A DNA stretch of 64,000 nucleotides from an uncultured Myxococcia bacterium (GCA_964471535.1 CAYYHA010000001.1:6285-70284); one strand, 5' to 3'. Numbered from the stretch's first letter, positions 35,656-45,969 are shown. The notes: generated by a model not told the origin, from the sequence alone. Numbers and translations are program-made.

Positions 35656-37530
35656 TCAGAGGTTCAGCCCCGCCAGGAGGAGGAGACGCCGATCGATCGC
35701 TTCCACCGCGCGCCCCTCCATCACGCCCCACCGGCGGCGCAGCTCGTACAGGAGGGTGAGGCGTGTGGTGGGAGAGAGGTCGTGGGCGAGCCATCCCCGC
35801 AGCCGGAGGACGCCGTCGGCGACGTCCAGCCCCGGCCGGACCGCCTCCTGGTAGCGGTCGAGGAGGCCCAGGTTCTGGAAGCGGTGGATCCACACCTCAC
35901 CGCCGAGTTCGACGCGGTCTCGATGGAAGACGGCGCGTTCGCGCAGCGTGGCCCCGTAGGCGTAGTAGTAGCGCTCCTTCGCCAGCGAGCCGGGCAGTCC
36001 CGCCTGCGTGCCGCCGTCCTCCAGGTAGGCCTCGAAGGCCAGCGCACGGGTGAGCGCGAAGATGGGGTACAGCTCACTCACCAGCCGCAGAGACCACGGC
36101 CCCTCGAAGAGCGTGAGATCCACGACCGGTCCCAGGGGACCCGCTGCACCGAAGTAATCGTCGAAGGCGGCGTAGCGATGGGTGGCGTGGTGGTAATCGG
36201 CGCCCAGGCCCAGCGTCAGGGCGTAGCCGAAGCGCCCGCGGGGCGTGCTCTCTCCGATCTCCTGCTCGTGCCAGGCGAGCAGCACGGTGTTGCCGTGGAG
36301 GAGGAGGTCGAGCACCCCGGCAGCGCCGGCGCTAAGGGACAACTCGAGACTGGCTCGCACCGGATCGCGGAGGAGACGGTGGCTGCTGCGGGCGCGGCCG
36401 AACTCGGGAATGCGCAGGATCTCCGCTTCGAGTTCGAGCACCAGATCGGCGCGGTACTCCAGGGGATCGGCACGCTGGGTCACCGATCCGCCGCTACGCG
36501 CCTCGACCCGATGCCAGATGTCGGCGGGATGGCCGCCGCGCCCCAGACGCGGTGCGCGGTGCCAACCCTCGGGACCCACCCCGTCCATCCACAGGTGGAG
36601 GCCCGTGAATGGATCGAAGAGGGTCGCCAGGACGCGGTGCAGCGGGGTGTCCGCGCTCGCCCGGAAGAAGCGCCCCAGCTGAAAGCTCGCCTCCCCCAGC
36701 GAGAGCGCCCCGGCCCCGCCGAGAAACACGTCGCCCATGGAGAGCACCTCGCGCCACTCGGGCCCCACCTCCCACACGATCGATCCGAAGAGGGCCGCGC
36801 CGAGCCCTTCGGCCACCGAGAGCCCATTCGCCCGCGCGACCTGGTGGTATCCCACGCCGGCCAGCGCGTGGCCTGGGCTGTTGAGGTGGATCGCATTGTC
36901 GTCGAAGCGCCATCCTTCGAAGGTCACGAACTTCGCGCGCAGCGACTCGGGGAAGGTTTGGTATTGCCAATCCGGGGCGTTCACCTCCGTCGCGGTGAGG
37001 TACCAGGCAAGGAAGAGGCCCAGGCCGACGGTGAGCTCGAGGGAGGCGCGGGGGAAGTTCCGCGGGTCCGGTGTCTCCACCGCCATCCGCGCAAAGGCCT
37101 CGTCGAAGTTCAAGCGGTCGCCGGTCCAGGTGTCGAGGTACACGCCGTCCTGGAAGCGAAGCCGTTCGGAGAGGGGTAGGGCGCCGACGAAGAGGAGCTC
37201 CGCCTCCTCGGGATGCTCCGTCTTCAGCCGTTCGACGAGGCGCAGGATCCGGCGCCGATCCCGATCGCGATCGTCCCCGGGGAAGAGGAGGCGATGGAAG
37301 CCGAGCTCGGGCAGGTGGAGCTTCAGCCGTGAATCCTCCCGCACTTCGCAGATGCCTCGGGGGAGGACCCGTCCGAGGAGCGCGCAGAGGCGGGCGCGGG
37401 GCTGCGGCGCCTCGTAGGCGCCGCGAACCTCCGCGCGAATATCGGCGCGGCCCGCTTGGGGAAGAAGGGCCAGGGTGACAAGGAGGAGCGCCGAGAGACC
37501 CGCCAGCCGTCCTCTGTCGAAGCGGGACAT
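35656..37530 (-). CDS. Secreted hypothetical protein (about 625 aa), aromatic-rich
   Basis: It has a signal peptide (MSRFDRGRLAGLSALLLVTLALLPQAGRA). The long ORF has coherent, non-Arg-biased composition. I recognise no family with confidence. Confidence 0.6.
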   Translation of the reverse strand: MSRFDRGRLAGLSALLLVTLALLPQAGRADIRAEVRGAYEAPQPRARLCALLGRVLPRGICEVREDSRLKLHLPELGFHRLLFPGDDRDRDRRRILRLVERLKTEHPEEAELLFVGALPLSERLRFQDGVYLDTWTGDRLNFDEAFARMAVETPDPRNFPRASLELTVGLGLFLAWYLTATEVNAPDWQYQTFPESLRAKFVTFEGWRFDDNAIHLNSPGHALAGVGYHQVARANGLSVAEGLGAALFGSIVWEVGPEWREVLSMGDVFLGGAGALSLGEASFQLGRFFRASADTPLHRVLATLFDPFTGLHLWMDGVGPEGWHRAPRLGRGGHPADIWHRVEARSGGSVTQRADPLEYRADLVLELEAEILRIPEFGRARSSHRLLRDPVRASLELSLSAGAAGVLDLLLHGNTVLLAWHEQEIGESTPRGRFGYALTLGLGADYHHATHRYAAFDDYFGAAGPLGPVVDLTLFEGPWSLRLVSELYPIFALTRALAFEAYLEDGGTQAGLPGSLAKERYYYAYGATLRERAVFHRDRVELGGEVWIHRFQNLGLLDRYQEAVRPGLDVADGVLRLRGWLAHDLSPTTRLTLLYELRRRWGVMEGRAVEAIDRRLLLLAGLNL

Positions 37531-37556
37531 GCGTCTGCCGTCCACCGGGCGTCGTC

Positions 37557-38423
37557 CTAGCGCGAAGCGTTGGTGCCGGGGAGGGAGAGATCGGCGATCA
37601 CCGGAAAGTGATCGCTGGCGGTGGACTCCTCGCGCATCGCCGGACCCGCATCCGAGGCGAGGCTGGGATCGACGAGTACGTAGTCGAGGCGCTGGCCCCC
37701 TTCGAAGGTGGGGCCCTCGTCGAAGCGGCCCACCACGTCCACGAAACCGCGCCGGGTGAAGATCGAGGGCGCCTCCTCACCGGGCCCCATGTTCAGATCG
37801 CCGGCGACGACGGTGGGTTCTCCGGGTTCGCTATCGAGGGCCTCGGCGAGGGTGCGGGCGTTGGCGGCGGCCGCCCAGGGAAGGAAGTCCACGTGCACCG
37901 CGACGACGCGGAGGCGCTCGCTGCCTGCGCACACCGTCGCATCGATGGCGACCCGCGGCTCGAAAGCGCCTCCGGCGACCAGGGGGATGCGCCGCGCCGC
38001 CTCGATGGGCAGCCGGGAGAGCAGGGCCACGCCGTAGTCGCCACCCTCCCGTTTCATGGCACCGGCGAAGACGAAATCGTAGCCGAGGCGCTCGGCGAGG
38101 GTCCGCGCCTGGTCCACCCGTCCCGTGCGCGCCACGCCCACGTCCACTTCCTGCAGAGCGATCACGTCCGCATCGAGCGCCGCGAGGGTCTCGGCGATGG
38201 TCTCGAGGTCCGAGGAGAGCCCGGCGCGGATGTTGAAGGTGGCCACGCGCACACGCCCGGTCTGTCCCGAGACCTCTTCGCAGCGACTGAGCGGCGAGTG
38301 CACGAATGCGTTCGAGGGGGTTGCACAGCCCCCCAGGATGGCGGCACAAGGCACGAGGCAGGAGAGGATCGTCTGCCAGGCCCCGCCCGGCCGCGCCGGC
38401 TGCCTCGGTGTCGATCCATGGCT
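37557..38423 (-). CDS. Endonuclease/exonuclease/phosphatase (EEP) family lipoprotein
   Basis: The putative GTG start at 38423 gives a signal and lipobox (AILGGCATP). VATFNIRAG, LQEVD and GDLN.. followed by the terminal SDHFPV are the classic EEP motifs. Confidence 0.75.
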   Translation of the reverse strand, partial: SHGSTPRQPARPGGAWQTILSCLVPCAAILGGCATPSNAFVHSPLSRCEEVSGQTGRVRVATFNIRAGLSSDLETIAETLAALDADVIALQEVDVGVARTGRVDQARTLAERLGYDFVFAGAMKREGGDYGVALLSRLPIEAARRIPLVAGGAFEPRVAIDATVCAGSERLRVVAVHVDFLPWAAAANARTLAEALDSEPGEPTVVAGDLNMGPGEEAPSIFTRRGFVDVVGRFDEGPTFEGGQRLDYVLVDPSLASDAGPAMREESTASDHFPVIADLSLPGTNASR

Positions 38424-38443
38424 CACGGCACCTAGATCTACCA

Positions 38444-39577
38444 GCGATGTCGACCTCGATGCATGCGGGCCCCTCGCGGCGGCCACCGGAGCGCTCGGCG
38501 CCGAGACGGGTGTGCCAGCGGGTGCGCTCTGCGCCACGTCGCTGCCGCCGGACACGGGGCCTTGGCCGCGCCCTGCAGCTTTGGCTCTGGCTCGGCCTGT
38601 GGCTGGGAGTCTCGGTGCTCCTCACCCCGCGTGCTGCGCAGGCGGCGGCGCCCGGCGCCGCCGCCTCGAGGTCGGCCTCGGCAGCCGAAGCAACCGAGGC
38701 CGGCTCGCAGGCACCATCCCCTGCGTGCCGACCCATCGAGGCCAAGGCGCCTCGGTGCGGGGTATCGCTGCCCGGTCCCTACCTCGGCGACGCCCTCCGC
38801 TGGCCGAAGGCCGATCTGCCGACCCGCTTCCTTGCCGATCTCGCGGCCATCCCCCTGAACCTGCCCCGCTGGACCGGCGAAGACGTGGGCACCTTCGTGC
38901 TCTTTGCTACCCCGGTGCTCTTCCTCATGGTCGGGCCCGATCCGGTGCCCGACGTGCAGATCCAGCGCTGGGTGCAGGCGATCTTCGGGCCTCGCGAGCA
39001 GCGCTTCCAGCTGTGGACCCCCCTGGGAGACGTACTCGTCTGGAGCGGCATCTGGAGCCTCGTGGGCGCCGCCTGGCTCCATGGCACCCTCGCCGGCGCT
39101 CCGGAATACCTGGAGATGGTCTCCTTGATGCTCGAGGCCTTTGGACTCGCGCAGGTCTACCAGCTCTTCTTCAAGTTCCTCCTGGGGCGGGAGGGCCCGA
39201 AGGACGGCGACGGTCTGGCGCGGATCCATGGGCCGGCGAAGTTCTTCGAGCTCTTCCCCGCCGGCACCCCCTCCGGCCACGTTGCCACCCTCTACGCCCT
39301 GATGGGCGCCGCCGGGACTTACTGGGCGAAGCCCTGGCTCTACGCGGCGCTGATGGGCTTTGGACTGCTCTTTTCGGCAACCATCGTCATCGACGACTAC
39401 CACTTCGTCTCCGACGTCCTCTGGGGCGCGGCCATGGGCTGGTACCTCGGGCGGTGGGTGGTGCGGCATCGCGCGCGCCCGAGCCGAAGCGGCGTCGATG
39501 CGATGGCCCCCGCAGCGCTCCTCCCCGCGGCCCTGCCCGGGGGTGGGGTCGGGCTCGCGGCGGCGTGGACCTTCTAG
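38444..39577 (+). CDS. PAP2-superfamily phosphatase (membrane-associated, secreted N-terminus)
   Basis: KFLLGREGP (KxxxxxxRP), PSGH and SATIVIDDYHFVSD (SRxxxxxHxxxD-like) are the PAP2 signature blocks. There are several TM segments. The start is uncertain (ATG at 38444 or 38456). Confidence 0.75.
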   Translation, partial: AMSTSMHAGPSRRPPERSAPRRVCQRVRSAPRRCRRTRGLGRALQLWLWLGLWLGVSVLLTPRAAQAAAPGAAASRSASAAEATEAGSQAPSPACRPIEAKAPRCGVSLPGPYLGDALRWPKADLPTRFLADLAAIPLNLPRWTGEDVGTFVLFATPVLFLMVGPDPVPDVQIQRWVQAIFGPREQRFQLWTPLGDVLVWSGIWSLVGAAWLHGTLAGAPEYLEMVSLMLEAFGLAQVYQLFFKFLLGREGPKDGDGLARIHGPAKFFELFPAGTPSGHVATLYALMGAAGTYWAKPWLYAALMGFGLLFSATIVIDDYHFVSDVLWGAAMGWYLGRWVVRHRARPSRSGVDAMAPAALLPAALPGGGVGLAAAWTF

Positions 39578-39588
39578 GGAGTGGCAAG

Positions 39589-40242
39589 ATGCCCCGTTCC
39601 GATCCCGATCGCCGCGTGCAAGCGGGTGCACCGCCGGTGCCGAAGCCCTGGCCCGACGACCCCCGCCTCGACCCGAAGCTCCTCGCCGAAGGCGACCGCC
39701 GCAACGTCGCCGACCGCTATCGTTACTGGCGGCACGAGGCGATCGTCGCCGACCTGGACGCGCGACGGCACCCCTTCCATGTGGCGGTGGAGAACTGGAT
39801 CCGCGACCCGAACATCGGTGCGGTGGTGCGCAACGCCAACGCCTTTCTCGCCGCGGCCGTGCACATCGTCGGGCGCCACCGGTGGAACCGCCGGGGCGCG
39901 ATGATGACCGAGCGCTACCAGCACGTATATCACCATGCGCGTCTGGAGGATCTCCTGGAGATGGCGCGCGGTGCCGGCCTCGAGGTGATCGCCGTCGACA
40001 ACGTCCCCGGGGCCGAGCGGATCGATCGGGCGGAGATCCCCCGCGCCTGCCTCATGGTCTTCGGTCAGGAGGGACCGGGGGTGTCCGAGGCGGTGCTCGC
40101 CGCGGCGAGCCGCGTCCTGGCCATCCCGCAGTGGGGCTCGACCCGCTCGATCAACGCCGGCGCCGCGTCGGCCATCGCCATGTACGAGTGGGCCCGCCGC
40201 CACGCCGGTCCCGTGCCCGAAGAGTGCGGATGGGCCCGCTGA
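39589..40242 (+). CDS. SpoU/TrmH-family RNA 2'-O-methyltransferase
   Basis: The RBS GGGAG precedes the ATG at 39589. NIGAVVRNANAF, MVFGQEGPGVSEAVL and IPQWGSTRSINAGAASAIAMYEW are the SPOUT motifs. The ORF-track 5' extension (38125-) is rejected. Confidence 0.85.
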   Translation: MPRSDPDRRVQAGAPPVPKPWPDDPRLDPKLLAEGDRRNVADRYRYWRHEAIVADLDARRHPFHVAVENWIRDPNIGAVVRNANAFLAAAVHIVGRHRWNRRGAMMTERYQHVYHHARLEDLLEMARGAGLEVIAVDNVPGAERIDRAEIPRACLMVFGQEGPGVSEAVLAAASRVLAIPQWGSTRSINAGAASAIAMYEWARRHAGPVPEECGWAR

Positions 40243-40252
40243 GCGTGCCGGC

Positions 40253-41038
40253 TCAACGTGCCGGTCTCTTGCCCTCCGGCGGCGCCTTCGGAGCAGGGCC
40301 GGCAAGGCCGGCCCGCGCGCGGAGCGTCCTCGCCATGGCCGCGAGGGTGACGAGGCGGTCGTCCATCTCCCAGGCTCCGATCGCTCGTTCCGGCGCCAGG
40401 GTGACGCCGGGCCGCGGCCGCGCGGGTGCAGGTGCCCCTGCCGCCGGCTCCACTGCGGGCGTGGGCCCCGCGCCGGCCTGGGGCTCGGGGGCGCCTGGGA
40501 CGACGCTTCGGACCATGGCCTGCGCGCGCTGTGCTTCCTCCGCGGCGAGGGCTTCGCTGGGGTCGAGGAGGGGTGCGTTGGGATGGGCGAGGGCGGTAAG
40601 GAGTTCGCCGAGAACCACGCACGCCTGGTCGACGGCCGCCTTGCGGGCGGGCGGCGTGGCGGGGTCCACCGGCCCGCCGAGGGCGGTGGCGCATCGGGAC
40701 TCGGCCATCCACTTCGCCTGCTCGAGCCCGAGGCGGCGGCCGGGGTCCTCTCGGAAGCGCCGGCGCACGAAGAGGTTGAAGCGCCAGGGCTCGAGCGCCT
40801 CGCGCACGTCCTCGCAGGCCGCGGTCGTCGCCGCGAAGACCGCGTCGCGAACGAGGCTCGCATCGGTGTCGAAGAGGGCGCGGGCACGCGCCGGTGTCAG
40901 GAGCACCGAGAGATCCGCCTTCAGCGACTCGCAGGCGGTCTCGGCCGCCCGCGCCGCCTCCACGTTGCGCCACGCCGAGTAGGCATAGAGGGCGCCCACG
41001 AGCCCGAGGACCACGACCACCGCACCCTTCGCGTTCAT
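40253..41038 (-). CDS. Hypothetical membrane-anchored protein (261 aa), Ala/Pro-rich C-terminus
   Basis: The internal start MNAKGAVVVVLGLVGALYAYSAW gives a single N-terminal TM helix. It is divergent from rapA. The remainder of ORF 40253-44338 is antisense to rapA. Confidence 0.5.
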   Translation of the reverse strand: MNAKGAVVVVLGLVGALYAYSAWRNVEAARAAETACESLKADLSVLLTPARARALFDTDASLVRDAVFAATTAACEDVREALEPWRFNLFVRRRFREDPGRRLGLEQAKWMAESRCATALGGPVDPATPPARKAAVDQACVVLGELLTALAHPNAPLLDPSEALAAEEAQRAQAMVRSVVPGAPEPQAGAGPTPAVEPAAGAPAPARPRPGVTLAPERAIGAWEMDDRLVTLAAMARTLRARAGLAGPAPKAPPEGKRPAR

Positions 41039-41128
41039 GCCGGCAGCATAGCGCAGGGACCCGGGGACGCGGCTCGGGCCACCGGTGCTTGCGGCCTGTC
41101 CCGGCAGGCCATACATAGCCGCCGCACC

Positions 41129-44100
41129 ATGGAACTGCGCCCAGGGAAGAAGGTCCGCTATCGACTGCAGCCGGAATGGGGCATCGGGCATCTCCTCGAG
41201 CTTTCCGAAGGTGGCAGTCGAGCGCTGGTCCTCTTCCCCGGCCGCGAGGAGCCGGTGTTGGTCTCCACCCGCGATGGCGCCCTCGAGCCGGTGGTCCTCT
41301 CGCCGGGAGATCGCATCCGCATCCCCGGGGCCGTGGTCGCCACGGTCACCGAGGTCGTCGATACCGGTGAGCCGCTGTGCACCTATCGCTGGCGGGTCGA
41401 CGACGAGGAGGAAGGGGTCTCCCGCGAGGACGAGGTGCTCCCGCTGCCGCCGCGTCCCGATCTGCTCTCCTCCCTGGAAGAGGGGCGCGTGGGGAGCAAG
41501 GGTGCGTTCCTCCTCCGGCGCGATGCACTGCGCCTCGACGAGGAGCGTCGGGCCGACGCCCTGGGGGCGCTGCTCGCCTCTCGGGTGATGGTGCGCCCCT
41601 ACCAGGTGGGCGTGGTGCAGCGGGTACTCACCGCACCAGAGCCGCGCTTCGTCCTCGCCGACGAGGTGGGCCTCGGGAAGACCATCGAGTCCGGAATGAT
41701 CTTCACCGCACTTCGTCTGGCGGGGTTGGCCCGGCGAGTCCTCGTCGTCGCGCCCAGTCACCTGACGGTGCAGTGGCTGGCCGAACTCTATCACAAGTTC
41801 AGTCAGCTCTTTACGCTCATGGACGGCGCACGCTACACGAAGGAGCGGGAGGCGGTACCGGACGAGAGCCCCTGGGCCCGCTTCGACCTGTGCGTGACCA
41901 GCCTGGAGCTGCTCGCCCGTAGCGAGAGCCATCGTGCCGAGGTGGGAGCGCCCGACGCGCGCTGGGATCTGGTGATCATCGACGAGGCGCACCACCTGAA
42001 GGGCGACCGCGCCTTCGAGGCGGCCCGGGCCCTCGCCCGCAACACCTGGGGGCTCTTGCTGCTCACCGCCACACCCTTGCAGCTCGACCCCGACGAGTAC
42101 TACCGCCTGCTCACCCTGGTGGATCCCGACGCCGCACCCGACCCGGAGACCTTCGCGGAACGGGTGAAGGCGCAGGCGTTGGTCAGTGAGGCAGTGCGGA
42201 TCCTGCTCTCCGGAGGTGACGTGGAGGCGGCGCGCCGAAAGCTCGCGGATCGCTTCCCCGAGGATCCGTACCTCGCCGATCCCGAGATCGGCGAGGGGCA
42301 GCTTCTTGCCCACCTCGCCGACACCTATTCCCTCTCCGATCGGCTGATTCGAAACCGCCGGGCCGTCGTCGGTGGCTTTGCCGAGCGCCGGCTCCACCGG
42401 CATCCGGTCACCCTGGGGAAGGAGGAAGCACGGGCCCGGCAGAAGGCGCTCCAGAGCCTGAAGAACTCCGACGTGCGCGGGGCGGCCCTCGCTCGCGTCC
42501 TCCGTCGAATCGAGTCCAGCCCTGCTGCCTTCCGAGAGGTGGTCGCCTCTGGACAGGTGCCAGAATCGGTCGCACGTGAGATCCCTGAGCGAGGTGCGAA
42601 GCTCGATGCCTTCCTGAGCCTGGTCGACGAGATCCACCACAAAGAACCGGGAGCCAAGATCCTCGTCTTCACCGAAGCACGCACCACGCTGGAGTGGCTC
42701 GTGCAACGCCTCGGCGAGGCGGGGATCCCCGCGCTCGGCTACCACGGCGACATGGAGATGGTGGAGCGGGATCGGCGCGTGGCGCGCTTTCGCGATCCGG
42801 AGGGGCCCTCGATTCTCGTTTGCACCGAGGTGGGCGGCGAGGGGCGGAACTTCCAGTTCGCTCACCACCTCGTCAACTACGATCTCCCGTGGTCGCCCGC
42901 CACCATGGAACAGCGCATCGGTCGCCTCGATCGCATCGGGCAGACGCGGCCGGTGGAGATCCACTGCTTCGACGCAGCGGGCACCCTCTCCGCCGAGGTG
43001 CTGGCGATCCTGGCCGACGCGGTGGGCGTCTTCTCGGAGACCGTGGGCGGCCTCGATGCGGTGCTCGAGGGCGTCGAAGCGGAGCTGGCGCGCCTGGCGC
43101 TCGAGACACCCGCGGCCCGGCGCCGCTTCGCCAAGGCGCTCGCCAAACGCGTGGAGGCGGCGCGCGAGCAGGTCCGCCGCGCCTACGATCCCCTGCTCGA
43201 CCTCCGCAGCTTCGACCGCGCCGAGGTGGAACGCCTGTGCCGCCGCGCCCTGAAGCGTCTGGGGCTGGACGAGGAGCTCGAGGAGGACGTGGGGCTCGAG
43301 GACGCTCTGTGGGCCATCGCGCGCGACCTCGACGAACGCATGGAGGAGGTGGTGGTGGATCTGGCCCGACGCATCGGCATCGGCGCCGACACCGAGGAGG
43401 CGGTCGAGGCCTTCGAGGTCGCGTTCCACTTCGGCCACACGCTCACCGTCGACGCGCTCCCCGGCCTCGAGATCCGGGAAGAGCAGGTGAAGGTGGGCAC
43501 CTTCTGGCGTGACACCGCGATCGAGCGGGAGGAGATCGAGTACTTCGCCACCGGCCATCCGCTCGTCGAGGCGCTCTTCGGCTTCCTGCGGGATGGACCC
43601 TTCGGGCGCACGGCCGCCCGCTGGATCCGTCGGCGCGGCGGGCGCAGCGCCCGGGGCATCGAGTTTCTCTTCTCCCTCGAGCCGCCCGAGCCCGAGGATA
43701 CGCATCCAGGCGCGCGTGTCCCCTCCCGTCACCTCTCGCGCTTCCTCGAGGGGCGCCTGATCCAGGTGGTGGTGGAGATGGACGGGAAGGGGCGGCCGGT
43801 CGTGGCCCCCGACCTGACGCCGCTGCTCGAGGCCCGGGGAAAGAGCCTGCGGGGCGAGATGCTCCGGAAGGCCTTCCCGGCGCTGCCGACCTTCGTCGAA
43901 GGGGCGGTCGAGGTGGCCCGTGAGGCGGCCGGAGAGATCCTGGCGGCGCGGGCGCGGCAAGCGAGTGCCGCCATCGAGGCCGAGGCCGAGCGGGCGGTGG
44001 AGCGCCTGGGACTCGCGCTCGCCTGGCGAGGGCTCGAGGAGGAGGAGATTCTCGAGCGGGTGCGCCGTCTCTCGGCCCACTACGAGGCGGTGCTCGCTGC

Positions 44101-44155
44101 CCTCGAGGGCGTCGAGCCGGTCCTCGACTCCGCCGCCGTCTTCGTCATCGAGTGA
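41129..44155 (+). CDS. rapA: RNA polymerase-associated SWI2/SNF2 ATPase RapA (HepA)
   Basis: It is 1008 aa. The N-terminal Tudor-like region is followed by the SNF2 core LADEVGLGKTIESGMI, DEAHHLKG and the helicase C block ...EVGGEGRNFQFAHHLVNYDLPWSP..QRIGRLDRIGQ, colinear with E. coli RapA. Confidence 0.9.
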   Translation: MELRPGKKVRYRLQPEWGIGHLLELSEGGSRALVLFPGREEPVLVSTRDGALEPVVLSPGDRIRIPGAVVATVTEVVDTGEPLCTYRWRVDDEEEGVSREDEVLPLPPRPDLLSSLEEGRVGSKGAFLLRRDALRLDEERRADALGALLASRVMVRPYQVGVVQRVLTAPEPRFVLADEVGLGKTIESGMIFTALRLAGLARRVLVVAPSHLTVQWLAELYHKFSQLFTLMDGARYTKEREAVPDESPWARFDLCVTSLELLARSESHRAEVGAPDARWDLVIIDEAHHLKGDRAFEAARALARNTWGLLLLTATPLQLDPDEYYRLLTLVDPDAAPDPETFAERVKAQALVSEAVRILLSGGDVEAARRKLADRFPEDPYLADPEIGEGQLLAHLADTYSLSDRLIRNRRAVVGGFAERRLHRHPVTLGKEEARARQKALQSLKNSDVRGAALARVLRRIESSPAAFREVVASGQVPESVAREIPERGAKLDAFLSLVDEIHHKEPGAKILVFTEARTTLEWLVQRLGEAGIPALGYHGDMEMVERDRRVARFRDPEGPSILVCTEVGGEGRNFQFAHHLVNYDLPWSPATMEQRIGRLDRIGQTRPVEIHCFDAAGTLSAEVLAILADAVGVFSETVGGLDAVLEGVEAELARLALETPAARRRFAKALAKRVEAAREQVRRAYDPLLDLRSFDRAEVERLCRRALKRLGLDEELEEDVGLEDALWAIARDLDERMEEVVVDLARRIGIGADTEEAVEAFEVAFHFGHTLTVDALPGLEIREEQVKVGTFWRDTAIEREEIEYFATGHPLVEALFGFLRDGPFGRTAARWIRRRGGRSARGIEFLFSLEPPEPEDTHPGARVPSRHLSRFLEGRLIQVVVEMDGKGRPVVAPDLTPLLEARGKSLRGEMLRKAFPALPTFVEGAVEVAREAAGEILAARARQASAAIEAEAERAVERLGLALAWRGLEEEEILERVRRLSAHYEAVLAALEGVEPVLDSAAVFVIE

Positions 44156-44168
44156 GTCGCCTGCTGCG

Positions 44169-45368
44169 CTAGGGAGCGGCGAGGCGATCGGCGAGGAGTC
44201 CGACCGCTGTTGCGAAATACAGCGAGCGGTTCCAATGCAGGAAGACGCGGTAGTTGGAGTAGACCAGGTAGGTGGGGCCCCTGGGGCCGCCCGGCTGCAC
44301 CAGAGAGCCTTCCATCTCGGCGCTCGGCAGGGGCGCACCGCCGGGACGGCGCACGCCGAGCGCCTGCCACTCGGAGAGAGGTTTTTGGATCTCGAGACCC
44401 ACGAGCTTGGGATCGAAGCCCTCGGGCAGCTCGACGCGCCGCCCCCAGGTCTGCCCGGTCCTCCAGCCGTTCTTCACCAGGTAGTTGGCGGTCGAGGCGA
44501 AGACATCGGCGCGCGTCTCCCAGATGTCCCGCCGTCCATCCCCGTCGTGGTCCACGGCCCAGGCGCGAAAGCTCGAGGGCATGAACTGACACTGTCCCAT
44601 CGCGCCCGCCCAGGAGCCGGTCATCTTCTCCGGCGTGACGTGCCCCTCGTCGAGGATGCGCAGCGCCTCGAGCAGCTCGCCCCGGAAGAAGCGGGCGCGG
44701 CGCCCCTCCCAGGCGAGCGTGGCCAGCGCGCCGAGCACCGGAAAGCCACCGGTGTTGCGGCCGTAGGAGCTCTCGATGCCCCACAGCGCGACGATGAAGC
44801 GCGGCGGTACGCCGTAGGTGCGCGCGACCGCTTCGAGGGTCTCGCGCTCTTCCGCGAGGAGCCTGCGGCCGTAAGTGACGCGGTCGCCCCCGAGGATGTG
44901 GCGCAGGTAGCGACCGAAACGCATCGTGCCCTCGGGCTGTCGCCGATCGAGTTCGATGACCCGCGGCAGCGGGCGCACCCTGCGGAGGGCCGCGAGGGTG
45001 CGTTCGGAGATGCCTGCCGCCCGCGCTTCGGCGACGAAGGCTTCGAGCCAGGCGGAGAAGTCAGGCTCGGCCACCGGAGCACCGCCGGTCGAGGGGGTCT
45101 CGTTCGCCTCGATGGCTGCCGGATTGGGGGTCGCTTTCACCGCGGCAGGTGTCTTGCTGCGCTCCGATTCGTGGGTCGCCTTGGTCCCTTCGGTGGCTTC
45201 CTCGGGTTCCTCGGACGTCTGTCGAGCGTCCCGATGGGCCGTCTCGGCCGCTTGGGTATGCGCGCCTCCGGCCGTCGCTGCCGGCGGCGGGCCGCCGGGT
45301 GCGCGGAGAGCCGCCGGTGGGACGGCGAGCGTGGCAAGGAGCAGGAAGCGGAGGGCGTCCGGAAGCAT
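44169..45368 (-). CDS. Lytic murein transglycosylase, MltB family, secreted
   Basis: The internal start MLPDALRFLLLATLAV gives a signal peptide. ...ALWGIESSYG (catalytic Glu), ...AGAMGQCQFMPSS and YNRSxxY-like (WNRSLYFATAV) are the MltB-family motifs. Confidence 0.85.
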   Translation of the reverse strand: MLPDALRFLLLATLAVPPAALRAPGGPPPAATAGGAHTQAAETAHRDARQTSEEPEEATEGTKATHESERSKTPAAVKATPNPAAIEANETPSTGGAPVAEPDFSAWLEAFVAEARAAGISERTLAALRRVRPLPRVIELDRRQPEGTMRFGRYLRHILGGDRVTYGRRLLAEERETLEAVARTYGVPPRFIVALWGIESSYGRNTGGFPVLGALATLAWEGRRARFFRGELLEALRILDEGHVTPEKMTGSWAGAMGQCQFMPSSFRAWAVDHDGDGRRDIWETRADVFASTANYLVKNGWRTGQTWGRRVELPEGFDPKLVGLEIQKPLSEWQALGVRRPGGAPLPSAEMEGSLVQPGGPRGPTYLVYSNYRVFLHWNRSLYFATAVGLLADRLAAP

Positions 45369-45522
45369 GCTCCCCTCGCTAACACGAGCGCCGCTCAGGA
45401 GCATCCCGGGGGATGCTTCGGGTGAGAGGGGGGGCTCGAGGGGCGGCCGGAGGCGGCGCCCCATCTCCACGCCGGGCCCGGCCCGCACCCCGGGGCCGCC
45501 TGCCACCGGGGCGCGGCGGCCC

Positions 45523-45969
45523 CTAGGAGTTGGGCCGCTCCACCGGCCGGCCGGCCTCGGCCCATCCCTTCACACCCGGGGCGAGCACGTAGACCTGCGT
45601 GTAGCCGGCTTCGATAGCCCGCTTCGCCGCCACGTGTGACGCGGTGCAGTGCACGTTGGCGCAGTAGAAGACGAGCACCGCGTCCTTCTCCTTGGGGAGC
45701 ACCTTCGCAACGTCGTACTCCGAGGGGCTCGTCAGGAGGGTGGCCCCGGGAATGACGCCCAGCTTCTTCCGCGTCTTCTCCGAGTTGGCATCGTACAGGT
45801 GCACCGGGCCTGTCGCCTGCAGGCGCGTGAGTTCCTCCACATCGATCTTCTGGAACGCCTGCTGCTTCGCTCCTCCTTTGCACGCGCGCGCCGCCGGCGG
45901 CAGGCTCGCGGCGAGCGCCAGGGTGATGATCGCGGAGGCGAGGCGGGCGGGGGTGGGGATCGTTCGCAT
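45523..45969 (-). CDS. Rhodanese-like sulfurtransferase domain protein, secreted/lipoprotein
   Basis: A signal peptide is followed by the rhodanese active-site loop FYCANVHCTAS. Confidence 0.8.
   Translation of the reverse strand: MRTIPTPARLASAIITLALAASLPPAARACKGGAKQQAFQKIDVEELTRLQATGPVHLYDANSEKTRKKLGVIPGATLLTSPSEYDVAKVLPKEKDAVLVFYCANVHCTASHVAAKRAIEAGYTQVYVLAPGVKGWAEAGRPVERPNS

Noticed and set aside
35245-37179. 644-aa + ORF
   Set aside because: It is antisense to the secreted 625-aa protein and is Arg/Gly/Pro-rich.
38125-39588. 5' 488 codons of the 705-aa + ORF
   Set aside because: It is out of frame overlap with the PAP2 gene and antisense to the EEP gene. Only the 3' TrmH-like part is real.
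41039-44338. Remainder of the 1361-aa minus ORF
   Set aside because: It is antisense to rapA.
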